The translations under genes and the position numbers were made by a program. A stretch of DNA of 64,000 nt from Eubacteriales bacterium (GTDB lineage: Bacteria > Bacillota > Clostridia > Oscillospirales > CAG-272), in contig JAZNNG010000081.1 of the NCBI GenBank assembly GCA_045580165.1, forward strand, positions 9,979 through 73,978, in the 5' to 3' direction. Below, one piece after another: positions 9,301 to 17,900 of this stretch; the first letter of the stretch is position 1; every line of letters starts with the position of its first letter. A model generated the notes under the pieces. The model was not told the DNA's origin and did not search any database. It saw only the letters and a program-made list of their open reading frames with translations.

Positions 9301-10155
9301 AACAACCGTTCCGTCAGCAAGCTTCCAACCGTCGAAGACCATCTTTTTGACGTTGGGTGCCTTCGGCGGAATAGTATCTGAGCCCTGTATAACCTTTTTT
9401 TCTGCAATTATAAGGCCTGTATCATTCTTATACGTTACCGTGCAAAGCACGTCGTCGGCATTGTCATAGCCCTTATACTTTTCAGCATCTGCTTTAGTCT
9501 TGAAAAAGCCAACGTACTCGATATTAAAGTATTCACTGTCAACCATCGCAAGGTCAGAGCTGTAAGCCCACACGGGAATGCGGAGATACTTGATTCCCGA
9601 CTCGGGATCAACTCCGTCCCACAGTATGCTTCCGCCGTCAAAGCCACTCATAGAAGACAAATCGAATATCGCCTTATGATATTTATTATCCGATTTTACG
9701 GGAGCAGTAAGTCCCCAGCATCTCTCGTAGGATTCGTATTCCTTTATTCTCATGCCTGCGTTAATGGCAAGTGATGAATTCTTTGTGATAATATTTGTTT
9801 TATACGCAACCACCACAAAAGGATATTCCTTTATCTTGAATTCGGGAACAAAATCCTCTTCGGGCTTATCTTGAGGATAAAAATTGAATATTACGTACGA
9901 CGACGTACCGTTTTTTATTCCGTCAGCGGTAATATGTATCACATTTTTACCATCAGCTTCCTTAAGCTCCGTCTTGAATTGCTCGGTGCTGCCAACGTAA
10001 TTCATAAGCTCTTCAGCGGTAAACACCTTGCAATCAGCAACTGCCGTGGGGTTTGGAGCGATAAGAAGCCCCTCCGCCGCATGAACGGCAAAAACCAAAG
10101 ATGCTGCAGCTATAAAAAGCAGTATCAATGACAAAGCCCTGATCGATTTTTTCAT
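6391..10155 (-). CDS. secreted SLH-anchored multidomain protein: signal peptide, two copies of an uncharacterised ~180-aa module, a Listeria/Bacteroides-type (Flg_new-like) repeat, three SLH repeats, and a C-terminal right-handed beta-helix (pectate-lyase-fold) domain
   Basis: Start at ATG 10155 (AAGAGGAG RBS; MKKSIRALSLILLFIAAASLVFAVHA signal peptide). SLH repeats include [38 protein letters not shown] and [20 protein letters not shown]. Beta-helix-like repeats include NLFIGYTGSHGIGAGSTKNLTVRNCEIGWIGGS...FGNAIEIYG. Paralog of 17901-21677. Confidence 0.8.
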   Translation of the reverse strand: MKKSIRALSLILLFIAAASLVFAVHAAEGLLIAPNPTAVADCKVFTAEELMNYVGSTEQFKTELKEADGKNVIHITADGIKNGTSSYVIFNFYPQDKPEEDFVPEFKIKEYPFVVVAYKTNIITKNSSLAINAGMRIKEYESYERCWGLTAPVKSDNKYHKAIFDLSSMSGFDGGSILWDGVDPESGIKYLRIPVWAYSSDLAMVDSEYFNIEYVGFFKTKADAEKYKGYDNADDVLCTVTYKNDTGLIIAEKKVIQGSDTIPPKAPNVKKMVFDGWKLADGTVVNGRFTVNNDMDVIATYAVDPDADNAIEIVDNAELHGFTAEELANESGSEFFVFNKAFTVIKEDGHTFVRFSPAEDGKTTNGNTSFLKLNTDAYFIADDYPYMAVSYRSNIQTSSVATASVGLKYNEKYYRFWGLKLPFSGDGELHKVVVCIKDVTGGDAGVNYSYVDYDSTVSYVRLSPWEGGNTSVSSTSQYYDLEYVAFFKTKEDAEKFEYTEGTFEAKADGTHMPFISGYDGRLFKPENNMTRAEACTVVARLLVDENTLDSSNSTAFTDLNKSAWYYKYITYLEGLGYLKSYKGEFKPDQKITRAEFVDLVYQTGKISGGDKNVSFKDVPVSHLRYDAIMAAAKAGIVNGKTADTFDPDGDIKRSEVVKVLCLALGRTPSLAGMEKEVIVGFNDITDAHWAYPYVIEAAYEHTYLTDTNGNEAWIEAVDNNTYLTEVPEGLVDELNAEFARRVEAIRATESEWELASKYNRPIYVSMSDGDDKNDGLTPETPIKTLAEVKRRSSDSYQYIGVIRAGDVVLFKRGDEWHEKFTGKAGVTYSAYGEGEKARILGSIEDDRADQWIETDVKGVYRFVDTLTNTQDVGNIVFNNGYAFGQRIIKRPDKSTALQAGRDYIVSNGLAKWEFNVNEHRFAGYEDLKAIADKIPEADLMFYHDREGYVLYLYSRNGNPGDIFDSIELCVKGNAFNAGSNMVIDNLFIGYTGSHGIGAGSTKNLTVRNCEIGWIGGSVQAEDVQTRFGNAIEIYGQADGYYVYNNYIYQCFDCGPTVQVGVTLTPGKQVYQKNVEFYDNVCWDADLEVWLTSTPDNTETTFAKLVDCKLYNNYVTMSGYGWSAYNHQKNEYCAFYGAGETGAEYINCHIQDNYFWNLRYSLWKAVPTSMKDGLGFQWHGNVTIHREGAILGALGADTKTATGGLTSYTYDNATIKKLIADKCFGDNYYYALPNIGSATPKEPLLPAPPIEEPFR

Positions 10156-10416
10156 ATTTTTCTCCTCTTTATCAAGTAACATACAAATATAATAGCTTGT
10201 GAGCGCGTGCGTATGTTCTTTCCTTTGAGTTTTCTTGCTTCAACACAGTATTTACAGTTGCAGAAAACCGCAGGAAATCCCTATGCTGCCGCAGTTCCGA
10301 GATAAGTAAGCTTCATAGCTATGCCTCCAAATATTTAACTGCTTTAATTATAGCACTATTAACCTAAAAGTCAATACACAAACGCGGTCAAAAAGTTACG
10401 ATTATTTGCGGTATTT

Positions 10417-10444
10417 GAAAAGGCAGGACATCTGTCCTGCCTTT
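10417..10444 (-). terminator. rho-independent terminator after rhaD
   Basis: aggcaggaca / tgtcctgcct palindrome. On the minus strand it is followed by a T-rich run. Confidence 0.7.
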
Positions 10445-10451
10445 GTCGATA

Positions 10452-11267
10452 TTATAAGTTGAGGAAGTCCTCGCGGTACTTAAGATTAAAGCGCTCTGTG
10501 AGCTTTACCATATCCTCATCCTTGATGGTGTTTACTCTCGGGAGGTGCGCGGTGAGCATATATATATGTGCCGCCTTTTCAACCGTTTCGATAAGGCCGA
10601 AGGTCTCGTCCATATCCTTACCTGCGCCGTAGATTCCGTGAAGTCCCCAGACTACGAGTCTGAATTCCTTCATCTTCTCCGCCGTCGCAACACCGATATC
10701 GTTAGTTCCGCAAAGCATCCACGGAAGAACTCCGATACCGTCCGGGAATACTACGATACACTCGGTGCACATTTCCCAAAGAGTATGTGTAAACTTCTTA
10801 TCGTCAAGCTCGTGAACGTAGTTCATAGCGAGGGTATAGGTCGGGTGTGTGTGCATAATAACGCGGTTTTCGGGGTCGACCTCAAGTCTTGCCATGTGGC
10901 TCATAAGGTGCGCGGGAAGCTCAGAGGTAAAGCTTCCTCCATCCTTATATCCCCAGAGAAGCTCTGCGTTAACACCATCCTCTGCTATTCTGATGATACC
11001 GAGGTTGTTTTCGGGATCGCCGTCAACGTTCTTGAAGTACTTGCCCGTACCCGTAACTATGAATATCTTGCCCGAAAGCTTCTTTGCATCAAAGCCGAGA
11101 GGGATAAGTCTTATTACGCTCGTCAAATCAAGGTACTCTGCAACCTGTTCGGTTTCAAGCATATAGCTGATGTTACCGCCGTTTCGCTCGTCCCAACCGA
11201 GACGGTACATATTTGCGGTGGTCTTTCTCATTTCCTCCACGAAGGGAGCAGTCATTATGTCCTTCAT
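10452..11267 (-). CDS. rhaD: rhamnulose-1-phosphate aldolase
   Basis: MYRLGWDERNGGNISYML and HTHPTY class II aldolase motifs. ~271 aa. Last gene of the rhaB-rhaA-rhaD run, overlapping the rhaA stop by 4 nt. Confidence 0.85.
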   Translation of the reverse strand: MKDIMTAPFVEEMRKTTANMYRLGWDERNGGNISYMLETEQVAEYLDLTSVIRLIPLGFDAKKLSGKIFIVTGTGKYFKNVDGDPENNLGIIRIAEDGVNAELLWGYKDGGSFTSELPAHLMSHMARLEVDPENRVIMHTHPTYTLAMNYVHELDDKKFTHTLWEMCTECIVVFPDGIGVLPWMLCGTNDIGVATAEKMKEFRLVVWGLHGIYGAGKDMDETFGLIETVEKAAHIYMLTAHLPRVNTIKDEDMVKLTERFNLKYREDFLNL

Positions 11268-12502
11268 ATTCTTTCTGCAAGCCTTTCTCTTTCGTATTCT
11301 TTAACTGCTTCAATATAATCAACCGACACGTTCTCGCGTCTGAGGTATTCCTCCCAAACGTCACCGAAGGGCGCGGTCTTAAGCTCCTCTGAACGAACCA
11401 TAAGTTCAGTAATATTGTTCTCGTCCTGGAGACGCTTCATTTCCGCGGACGGCTCAAGAAGCGCGTAAAGCAGAGCCTTTTCAACGCTTCTCATACCCGT
11501 TACCCAAGCGGATATACGGTTGATGGACGCATCGAAATAGTCTGTTGCGATAAACACCTTATCAAGCGCGTCGTTGCGAACGATCTCCTTTGCGATCTCC
11601 TTTGTTTCATCATCAAAGAGGACTACGTGGTCGCTATCCCATCTGACCGATCTCGTTATGTGGAGCGCGATCTTTTCGTTGAAGAGGAGCATTGAAGAAA
11701 TTTTATCGGAAACTACCTCTGTGGGATGATAATGACCGTTATCCATAAGAGGCGTTATTCCTCTCGTGTTTACGTAATTTACGCAGAATTCAGCCGAGCC
11801 TACCGTGTAGGATTCCATACCGATACCGAACACCTTGGATTCAAGGCAAACGTAAACCTTTGACTTATCGTAATCAATAGAAAGTATTTCGTCGAGCGAC
11901 TTCATAAATCTTGCTCTCGGTCCGAGTCTGTCTGCGGGGATATCCTTATATCCGTCGGGAATCCATATATTCATAACACAGGGAATGCCCGTTTCTTCTG
12001 CAAAGTACTGAGAAATCTCAAGGCAGCGCTTACCGTGCTCTACCCAGAACTTACGCACGTTCTCGTCGGGTGACGAAAGCGTGAGATTGTCCTTTACCAT
12101 AGGGTGTGAGAAGAACGTGGGATTAAAGTCGATACCCATATTTCTCGCCTTTGCAAATTCTACCCAAGCCTTATAATGCTCGGGCTTCAGGGCGTCTCTG
12201 TCTGCCCTCTCGCCGTCAAATATTGCGTAGCAGGCGTGGAGATTGAGCTTCTTCTTGCCGGGGATAAGGGACACGGTCTTGTCTATGTCCTCCATAAGCT
12301 CTCGGGAATTCCTTGCTCTGCCGGGATAGTTACCCGTCGTCTGAATACCGCCGGACAGCTCCTCGTCGCCGTCAAAGCCTCTTACGTCGTCGCCCTGCCA
12401 GCAGTGCATAGAGATACAAACGTTCTTAAGAGTTTCAATTGCGCGCTCGGTGTCAACACCAAGCTTTTTGTAAATTACCTTCGCTTCATCGTATCTGCTC
12501 AT
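11264..12502 (-). CDS. rhaA: L-rhamnose isomerase
   Basis: ISMHCWQGDDVRGF N-terminal motif, ~412 aa, lies between rhaB and rhaD. Confidence 0.88.
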   Translation of the reverse strand: MSRYDEAKVIYKKLGVDTERAIETLKNVCISMHCWQGDDVRGFDGDEELSGGIQTTGNYPGRARNSRELMEDIDKTVSLIPGKKKLNLHACYAIFDGERADRDALKPEHYKAWVEFAKARNMGIDFNPTFFSHPMVKDNLTLSSPDENVRKFWVEHGKRCLEISQYFAEETGIPCVMNIWIPDGYKDIPADRLGPRARFMKSLDEILSIDYDKSKVYVCLESKVFGIGMESYTVGSAEFCVNYVNTRGITPLMDNGHYHPTEVVSDKISSMLLFNEKIALHITRSVRWDSDHVVLFDDETKEIAKEIVRNDALDKVFIATDYFDASINRISAWVTGMRSVEKALLYALLEPSAEMKRLQDENNITELMVRSEELKTAPFGDVWEEYLRRENVSVDYIEAVKEYERERLAERI

Positions 12503-13875
12503 TATATCACCTCATCTATATCAAATGATTTTTTTACAAGCTCTCTTAGGGAGTCTACCGTATATGAAGGGTCGTCAGCCGCGAGCTGAGATATTATATT
12601 TCCGAGCGCAGTCGCCTCAACGGGTCCTGCGGTTACCGCTTTTCCCGTGTACTCTGCGGTAAGGCGGTTTAAGTATTTATCCTTGCTTCCGCCGCCTACT
12701 ATATGTATGCTCTCAGCCGTTATTCCCGATATCTTCTCAATTTCGTTTACCGCATCCATGTACGAGCGTGCCAGTGAATGATAAACACTGTTGATGACCT
12801 CGCCAATGGGCATATCGGGACGTCCGAGATATGCTCTTATTGCTTCTATCATATTGTCGGGCGCAACGAACTCACGCGCGTTAACGTCAATATACGAATA
12901 TGCTCCGCTTTTGATAGCCGCTTCCATCATTTCGTCGTACGTCATCGACTTATTGAGTGCGCGGCGTATGGACTGCAAAAGCCACATTCCCATATAGTTT
13001 TTAAGAAAACGGAATCTGTGCTCAATACCGCCCTCGTTAGTGAAATTGGCCTGCATTGCGGCATCCGTGACTACGGGAGCTTTATTTTCAATGCCTATAA
13101 GACTCCACGTTCCCGACGAGATATAAACGTCGTTTCCCTTAACGGGGCTTGCCGCGACCGCAGAGGCAGTATCGTGGCTCGGACAGAACACTACCCTTGC
13201 ATTGAAGCCCGCAAGCTTTTGGATTTCTTCCGTAAATTCACCGATGATATCACCCGGCATCAGCACCTCGCCGAAGATATCCGACTTTATTCCGAGCGCG
13301 TCGGTAATGTGAGTATCACGGGAATAGCTGTTTACGTTTACGAAGCCCGTTGTGGTAAGATTGGTGTACTCGTTCTTGATCTTACCCGTGAGGCAGTAGG
13401 AGAGATATGCGGGTATCATCATAAAATACTCTGCCCTATCAAGTCTGCCCGCAAGCTTATCGGCGTAAAGCTGGTAGACCGTGTTAAAGCTTATTTTCTG
13501 TATTCCCGTTCTCTTATAATGCTCCTCGCCGGAGATTATTTTATCAACCTCATCTATCATACCGTCGGTTCTCGAATCTCTGTACGAGTAAACAGGCGGC
13601 ACTATGTTTTTGTCACCGTCAAGCAGAACGTAGTCAACGCCCCACGTATCAATAGCGACACTATACGGTATCTTGCCTATTTCGCGGCATTTGCAAATAC
13701 CTGTTTTAACCTCTTTGGTGAGTGCCTCGATGTCCCACACGAGAGAGCCGTCCTTTTGAATTATGTTATTGTCAAATCGGTAGATCTCCTCGGTCACGAG
13801 CTTTCCGTTTTCAAGTGAGCCGAGAATATGGCGTCCCGAGGACGCGCCTATGTCGATTGCGAGATAATACTTCAT
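12502..13875 (-). CDS. rhaB: rhamnulokinase (FGGY family)
   Basis: Start taken at ATG 13875 (AGAGGTG RBS). MKYYLAIDIGASSGRH ATP-binding motif and FGGY C-terminal HIVGGGSKD. The ORF track starts 9 nt earlier at a GTG. Confidence 0.85.
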   Translation of the reverse strand: MKYYLAIDIGASSGRHILGSLENGKLVTEEIYRFDNNIIQKDGSLVWDIEALTKEVKTGICKCREIGKIPYSVAIDTWGVDYVLLDGDKNIVPPVYSYRDSRTDGMIDEVDKIISGEEHYKRTGIQKISFNTVYQLYADKLAGRLDRAEYFMMIPAYLSYCLTGKIKNEYTNLTTTGFVNVNSYSRDTHITDALGIKSDIFGEVLMPGDIIGEFTEEIQKLAGFNARVVFCPSHDTASAVAASPVKGNDVYISSGTWSLIGIENKAPVVTDAAMQANFTNEGGIEHRFRFLKNYMGMWLLQSIRRALNKSMTYDEMMEAAIKSGAYSYIDVNAREFVAPDNMIEAIRAYLGRPDMPIGEVINSVYHSLARSYMDAVNEIEKISGITAESIHIVGGGSKDKYLNRLTAEYTGKAVTAGPVEATALGNIISQLAADDPSYTVDSLRELVKKSFDIDEVI

Positions 13876-13916
13876 TCTCTTCACCTCTTGATCATTTTAC
13901 CACTTATAAAAGCAAA

Positions 13917-13954
13917 AAACAAGGACATATTTTTCAAAAAAACTGTCCTTGTTT
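13917..13954 (-). terminator. hairpin terminator after the AraC-family regulator
   Basis: aaacaaggaca / tgtccttgttt 11-bp stem with a 16-nt loop and a T-run on the minus strand. Confidence 0.55.
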
Positions 13955-13965
13955 GCAAAATACGA

Positions 13966-14928
13966 CTATTTTGTTCTGAGTTCCTTTCGGTACTTTTTTG
14001 GCGAAACACCGTAACGCTCCCTAAAAATACGGTAAAAGAAGCTTAAATTTTCATATCCTGTGTTTTCAGCAATCTCGTCTATTCTTAAGTCCGTACTCTC
14101 AAGCAAAAAGCGCGCCTGCGAGAGTCTTTTGTCCTGAACGAGCTCAGTGTAATTCTTACCCGTGCGAGATTTTATCTCACGAGAGAGTGAGCTTACACTG
14201 TAATGCATATGCTCGGCAAGCTCGGTAAGAGTTCCTGTTTTGTAGTTACACTCAATGTATTCAAGCACCTTTACAATAAATCCGTCGCCGTAATCCGAAA
14301 CAAGTCTGTCGGTATGATTTATAAGCTGAAGGAACAACAGACCGACCGTATTGCGGGTGATATTTCTCTTATTGTGTGTATCGAATATTATCGTCCATAT
14401 CAATATTTCAAGTATGTTCTGTATAGGAAGAATATCGGCGACGTCAAAGCAAAGATAGCCCGTGTTACCTTGATTGTTGCGTAGACAGTCGACCACGAAG
14501 CGTCTGAGAGGCGTATCTTCGACACCTATCGTATCAAGCGTGCTGTCAAAGAACTCGGGACGAACGACAAAGTTTACTGCTATGTCGCCTTCACCTGCAG
14601 GTAGTATCTCCTGCCTTGCGCCCTGACACAGAAAAAGAAGATTACCTTCCTTCAGTTCAATTTTATTTCCGTTGATTATATGTGTGGTGCTTCCGCTGCA
14701 CATATATACTATCTCAACATAATCGTGCGTATGCTCAGGAAAATGCACGAATCTCGTGTGGGGTCTTATCTCGATAAGCTTGCCCGAGCTCATCATTTTT
14801 TTGCTTGTTATTACACTGTCGGCGCTCTCCATATATATACTGCGGTCGATATCCGCCGCGCCGTCCCTGTATTTCTGCTCCTCGGGAGTTATTACCTTAA
14901 GTTTGTCAAGAAGTATCGGGGCTATCAT
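13966..14928 (-). CDS. AraC-family transcriptional regulator with N-terminal cupin (RhaR/RhaS-like by context)
   Basis: Cupin segment HTHDYVEIVYMCSG. C-terminal double HTH with the ending FFYRIFRERYGVSPKKYR. Directly upstream of rhaBAD. Confidence 0.8.
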   Translation of the reverse strand: MIAPILLDKLKVITPEEQKYRDGAADIDRSIYMESADSVITSKKMMSSGKLIEIRPHTRFVHFPEHTHDYVEIVYMCSGSTTHIINGNKIELKEGNLLFLCQGARQEILPAGEGDIAVNFVVRPEFFDSTLDTIGVEDTPLRRFVVDCLRNNQGNTGYLCFDVADILPIQNILEILIWTIIFDTHNKRNITRNTVGLLFLQLINHTDRLVSDYGDGFIVKVLEYIECNYKTGTLTELAEHMHYSVSSLSREIKSRTGKNYTELVQDKRLSQARFLLESTDLRIDEIAENTGYENLSFFYRIFRERYGVSPKKYRKELRTK

Positions 14929-14962
14929 TTTTTCACCTGCCTATCCGTTATAGCCGCAACAA

Positions 14963-16204
14963 TCATTTAGTTTCGGCTTTGAAATACCGTTTCATATAAA
15001 GTATCAGAATTATTCCCGCAAGCGGAAAAACGGCAGCTATTAAAAGTCCTGCTCTCATTCCTACCTGCTCCGCGGTTATTCCAAGGGACTCCGACGTTTT
15101 TTGTGCAATTTCCGTCAAGCTGACACCGTCCGATACCGCGCCCACCATCTGAGGTCCGAGCGATGCCCCAAGGTCACCGCCCGCCGCCATAAGCGCGTAT
15201 ACCGCAACTCCGACGTCCGCCATCTTTTCTTCAACGTAAATAAGCGTTCCGGGCCAAAGCATTGACGTACAAAGTCCCGTTACAGCGCAAGCTATGACCC
15301 CTATTACAGGATTCATAGCAACTCCCGCTACAATATAGCAAGCAGTAGCGCCTATCATTCCTAAAAGCATAAAGTTTATGATGCTTTTACCGTATTTTGA
15401 ATAGAGTGTCCTTCCCGTACCGAGAAGAACCGCAAAAAACACGACTCCGAGCGTATCTCCGAGTAGCTTGGGGACACCGAGCGCGTTTTCAATAAAGCCC
15501 GACGCCCACTGCGACATAGTACACTCTGCCGCACCGCCGAGAAAAATACACACGGTGCAAAGAATTATTCCCTTTGAAAAAACTATTCCCGACTTTCCGC
15601 CGTTTCCAAAATTATTCATCTCGGGAAGCTTTGCTTTTGTGAACATAAGATATGCCGCCAAAGGTACAAGCGACCATAAAAGCGCGAGATACGTCCAGTT
15701 CTTAGCACCGAAAATTTTTACAAAAAGCGTGCTTAACAAAACCACGACCACAACGCCCCAGGCATACATTGAATGAAGCTTACTCATCTCGCGTTCGGGA
15801 TTATCGCTCGGTATTGCGGCAATAACGGGACTTATCAGAACCTCGCTGAGTCCCGACGCTACCGAGAACACCACCGTTCCGATTATTATCCATAAAAACG
15901 CAAGTCCCGGAACTACCATCGGCATTATTGCGTATAGTACAAGTCCGATAAAGACCACGAGAGGCGTTATTCTGACAGTTTTATGTATGTCGAACCGATT
16001 TGTGAAAAAAGTAAACACAAGGTCAATAAGCAGTTGGGTCGAAAAGTTTATTACCACAAGAAATCCGAGCAAGGTATAAGAAATTCCGTAAAGATTTCTG
16101 AAGGTCACAAACAAAAGCGGTGACAGATTAACGGCAAGCGCCATAGCCGCGCTCGTCAGATAACAAGCCTTTTTGGTTAACGAGTATTGGTTATTATGAT
16201 TCAT
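14963..16204 (-). CDS. MFS transporter
   Basis: 413 aa, about 12 hydrophobic segments throughout. Substrate unknown. Confidence 0.7.
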   Translation of the reverse strand: MNHNNQYSLTKKACYLTSAAMALAVNLSPLLFVTFRNLYGISYTLLGFLVVINFSTQLLIDLVFTFFTNRFDIHKTVRITPLVVFIGLVLYAIMPMVVPGLAFLWIIIGTVVFSVASGLSEVLISPVIAAIPSDNPEREMSKLHSMYAWGVVVVVLLSTLFVKIFGAKNWTYLALLWSLVPLAAYLMFTKAKLPEMNNFGNGGKSGIVFSKGIILCTVCIFLGGAAECTMSQWASGFIENALGVPKLLGDTLGVVFFAVLLGTGRTLYSKYGKSIINFMLLGMIGATACYIVAGVAMNPVIGVIACAVTGLCTSMLWPGTLIYVEEKMADVGVAVYALMAAGGDLGASLGPQMVGAVSDGVSLTEIAQKTSESLGITAEQVGMRAGLLIAAVFPLAGIILILYMKRYFKAETK

Positions 16205-16224
16205 AGCTTTCTTTTTCCACAGTA

Positions 16225-17784
16225 TTATGCGTGATATGTATCCTTGTGCTTTTTGTTACTTATAACTACGGGAAAATCCGAAACGAACCTTACTGCAAAA
16301 TCCGCGTTCTCGGGTATTCCCTTTTCTTTTATTGCTTTAAGGTCAGCTTCAAAATCATCGGTGACCTCATCGCAACCTATCAGATTGAATTTTTTACTGC
16401 AAAGCATTTTTTTGAGTTTCAGCGTATAGTTAAAGTAATTTGCTTTATCACCAAAAAATACGTAAACCCTGATGCTCGGTGTTATCGGGATCATATTGAT
16501 TATTGTAAACTCAAGGTCTTCCGTACAACCCGTGTTAAGCTCGGTAAACATCCACACCTTAAAGCCTTCCGCCGCTAATCCAATATCATATTTGGTTTTA
16601 TAATCGAGCTTTGCAAACGCATCCGGATGATACGGGAGCTCGAGTGTACGGGTTGCTTCACCTGTAATGATCTCTCCTACCTCAAGTGTTTCAACGAGAT
16701 AGCGTATAGGGGATCTGAACGCCCTTTGTACCATATATTCCGAGCAGCTTGCAAAAGGCAAAAAGCAGGTTTCGGGACAAATATACGAAAACGCATTTAT
16801 CTCACCGATATCGGTGCCGCTTCCGAAGCCGTGATGGGGGATCTGCAAAATGTCCGCTTTAAGATATTCTCTATACTTTTGAGGAAGCTGAATCGCACTG
16901 AACGGGGCGTCTGCACCAAAAAGTATGACCTGTCCGCCAAGCTCCATTCTTATGACAAGAGAAATACCGTTGATAACGTAGGTGTTGTATATGGAATCAT
17001 CCATACATCCGAGTATTTCAAGCTTTGCATCGCCGATACGGAAGGTCTGTCCGGTACGGGGCATATATATATCTGCTCCACTCTTTTTAGCCCTCTCTTC
17101 AAAAAGAGGAATAATATATGCCGGATGACCGTTATTGCCACGTCTGTCGACAACAAAATGCGGATAGTGCTCTGCATCGTCCTTACACGGAAAATAATAG
17201 AGTATCTTTTCTATCGCAACTTCATCGGAGTATTTATCGAAAAACGTTATAAAGCCGCGCATATGATCATCGTGCGGGTGAGTAATTATCCAAGCTGCTA
17301 TCTGCGGTTTACCGACAGAATCAGCGCATAAGTGCTCATAAAGCGTATCCGCATCAGCTTCAAATTCGCGTCCGCCGTCAATGATTATATATCTGCCGTC
17401 GGAGAGATGCACCGCGTATGACATGCCGTAATCGTGAAGCTTTAGTTGAGATATCTTTGGATTACGGCGCTTTTCACCTGACACGTCGCCAAAATCAAAA
17501 TAGCGTGAGCCACTCTCGGTTGAAACAGTAAGCATATTTATGTTTTCAAAAAAATTTACGAAAACCGCATCGCTTTCTTTTAAAAATGCAGCAAAAGAAT
17601 GCGCGTTTCCGAAGCTGTTGCTTTCACGGGAAACAAAGCCTTCCCTCTCAAGCTCAGCACAAATCCTATTATAGTCGCTTGCAGCCGCATTCTTATACAT
17701 AAATATTTCGGAGGCATCATTAGTTCTGTTGTGAATACATCTATCGCACGGAATCAAAGCTGAAAAATTCATATCATTCTCCAT
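16225..17784 (-). CDS. MBL-fold metallo-hydrolase with extra N- and C-terminal regions
   Basis: ITHPHDDHMRGF (HxHxDH) and a downstream HHGF motif. The likely true start is the internal ATG at 17772 (GGAGA RBS). Confidence 0.65.
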   Translation of the reverse strand: MENDMNFSALIPCDRCIHNRTNDASEIFMYKNAAASDYNRICAELEREGFVSRESNSFGNAHSFAAFLKESDAVFVNFFENINMLTVSTESGSRYFDFGDVSGEKRRNPKISQLKLHDYGMSYAVHLSDGRYIIIDGGREFEADADTLYEHLCADSVGKPQIAAWIITHPHDDHMRGFITFFDKYSDEVAIEKILYYFPCKDDAEHYPHFVVDRRGNNGHPAYIIPLFEERAKKSGADIYMPRTGQTFRIGDAKLEILGCMDDSIYNTYVINGISLVIRMELGGQVILFGADAPFSAIQLPQKYREYLKADILQIPHHGFGSGTDIGEINAFSYICPETCFLPFASCSEYMVQRAFRSPIRYLVETLEVGEIITGEATRTLELPYHPDAFAKLDYKTKYDIGLAAEGFKVWMFTELNTGCTEDLEFTIINMIPITPSIRVYVFFGDKANYFNYTLKLKKMLCSKKFNLIGCDEVTDDFEADLKAIKEKGIPENADFAVRFVSDFPVVISNKKHKDTYHA

Positions 17785-17868
17785 GACAATGCTTCTTTAC
17801 TGCTATTTAATATATCACACCGCACTGTAAAAGTCAATCAACAAATGACTCCTTAACTTAAGGCAGAA

Positions 17869-17892
17869 GAAAACGCCCTCACGGGCGTTTTC
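17869..17892 (-). terminator. rho-independent terminator after the 1258-aa SLH protein gene
   Basis: gaaaacgccc / gggcgttttc 10-bp stem with a 4-nt loop. Confidence 0.7.
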
Positions 17893-17900
17893 TTTGTCAA

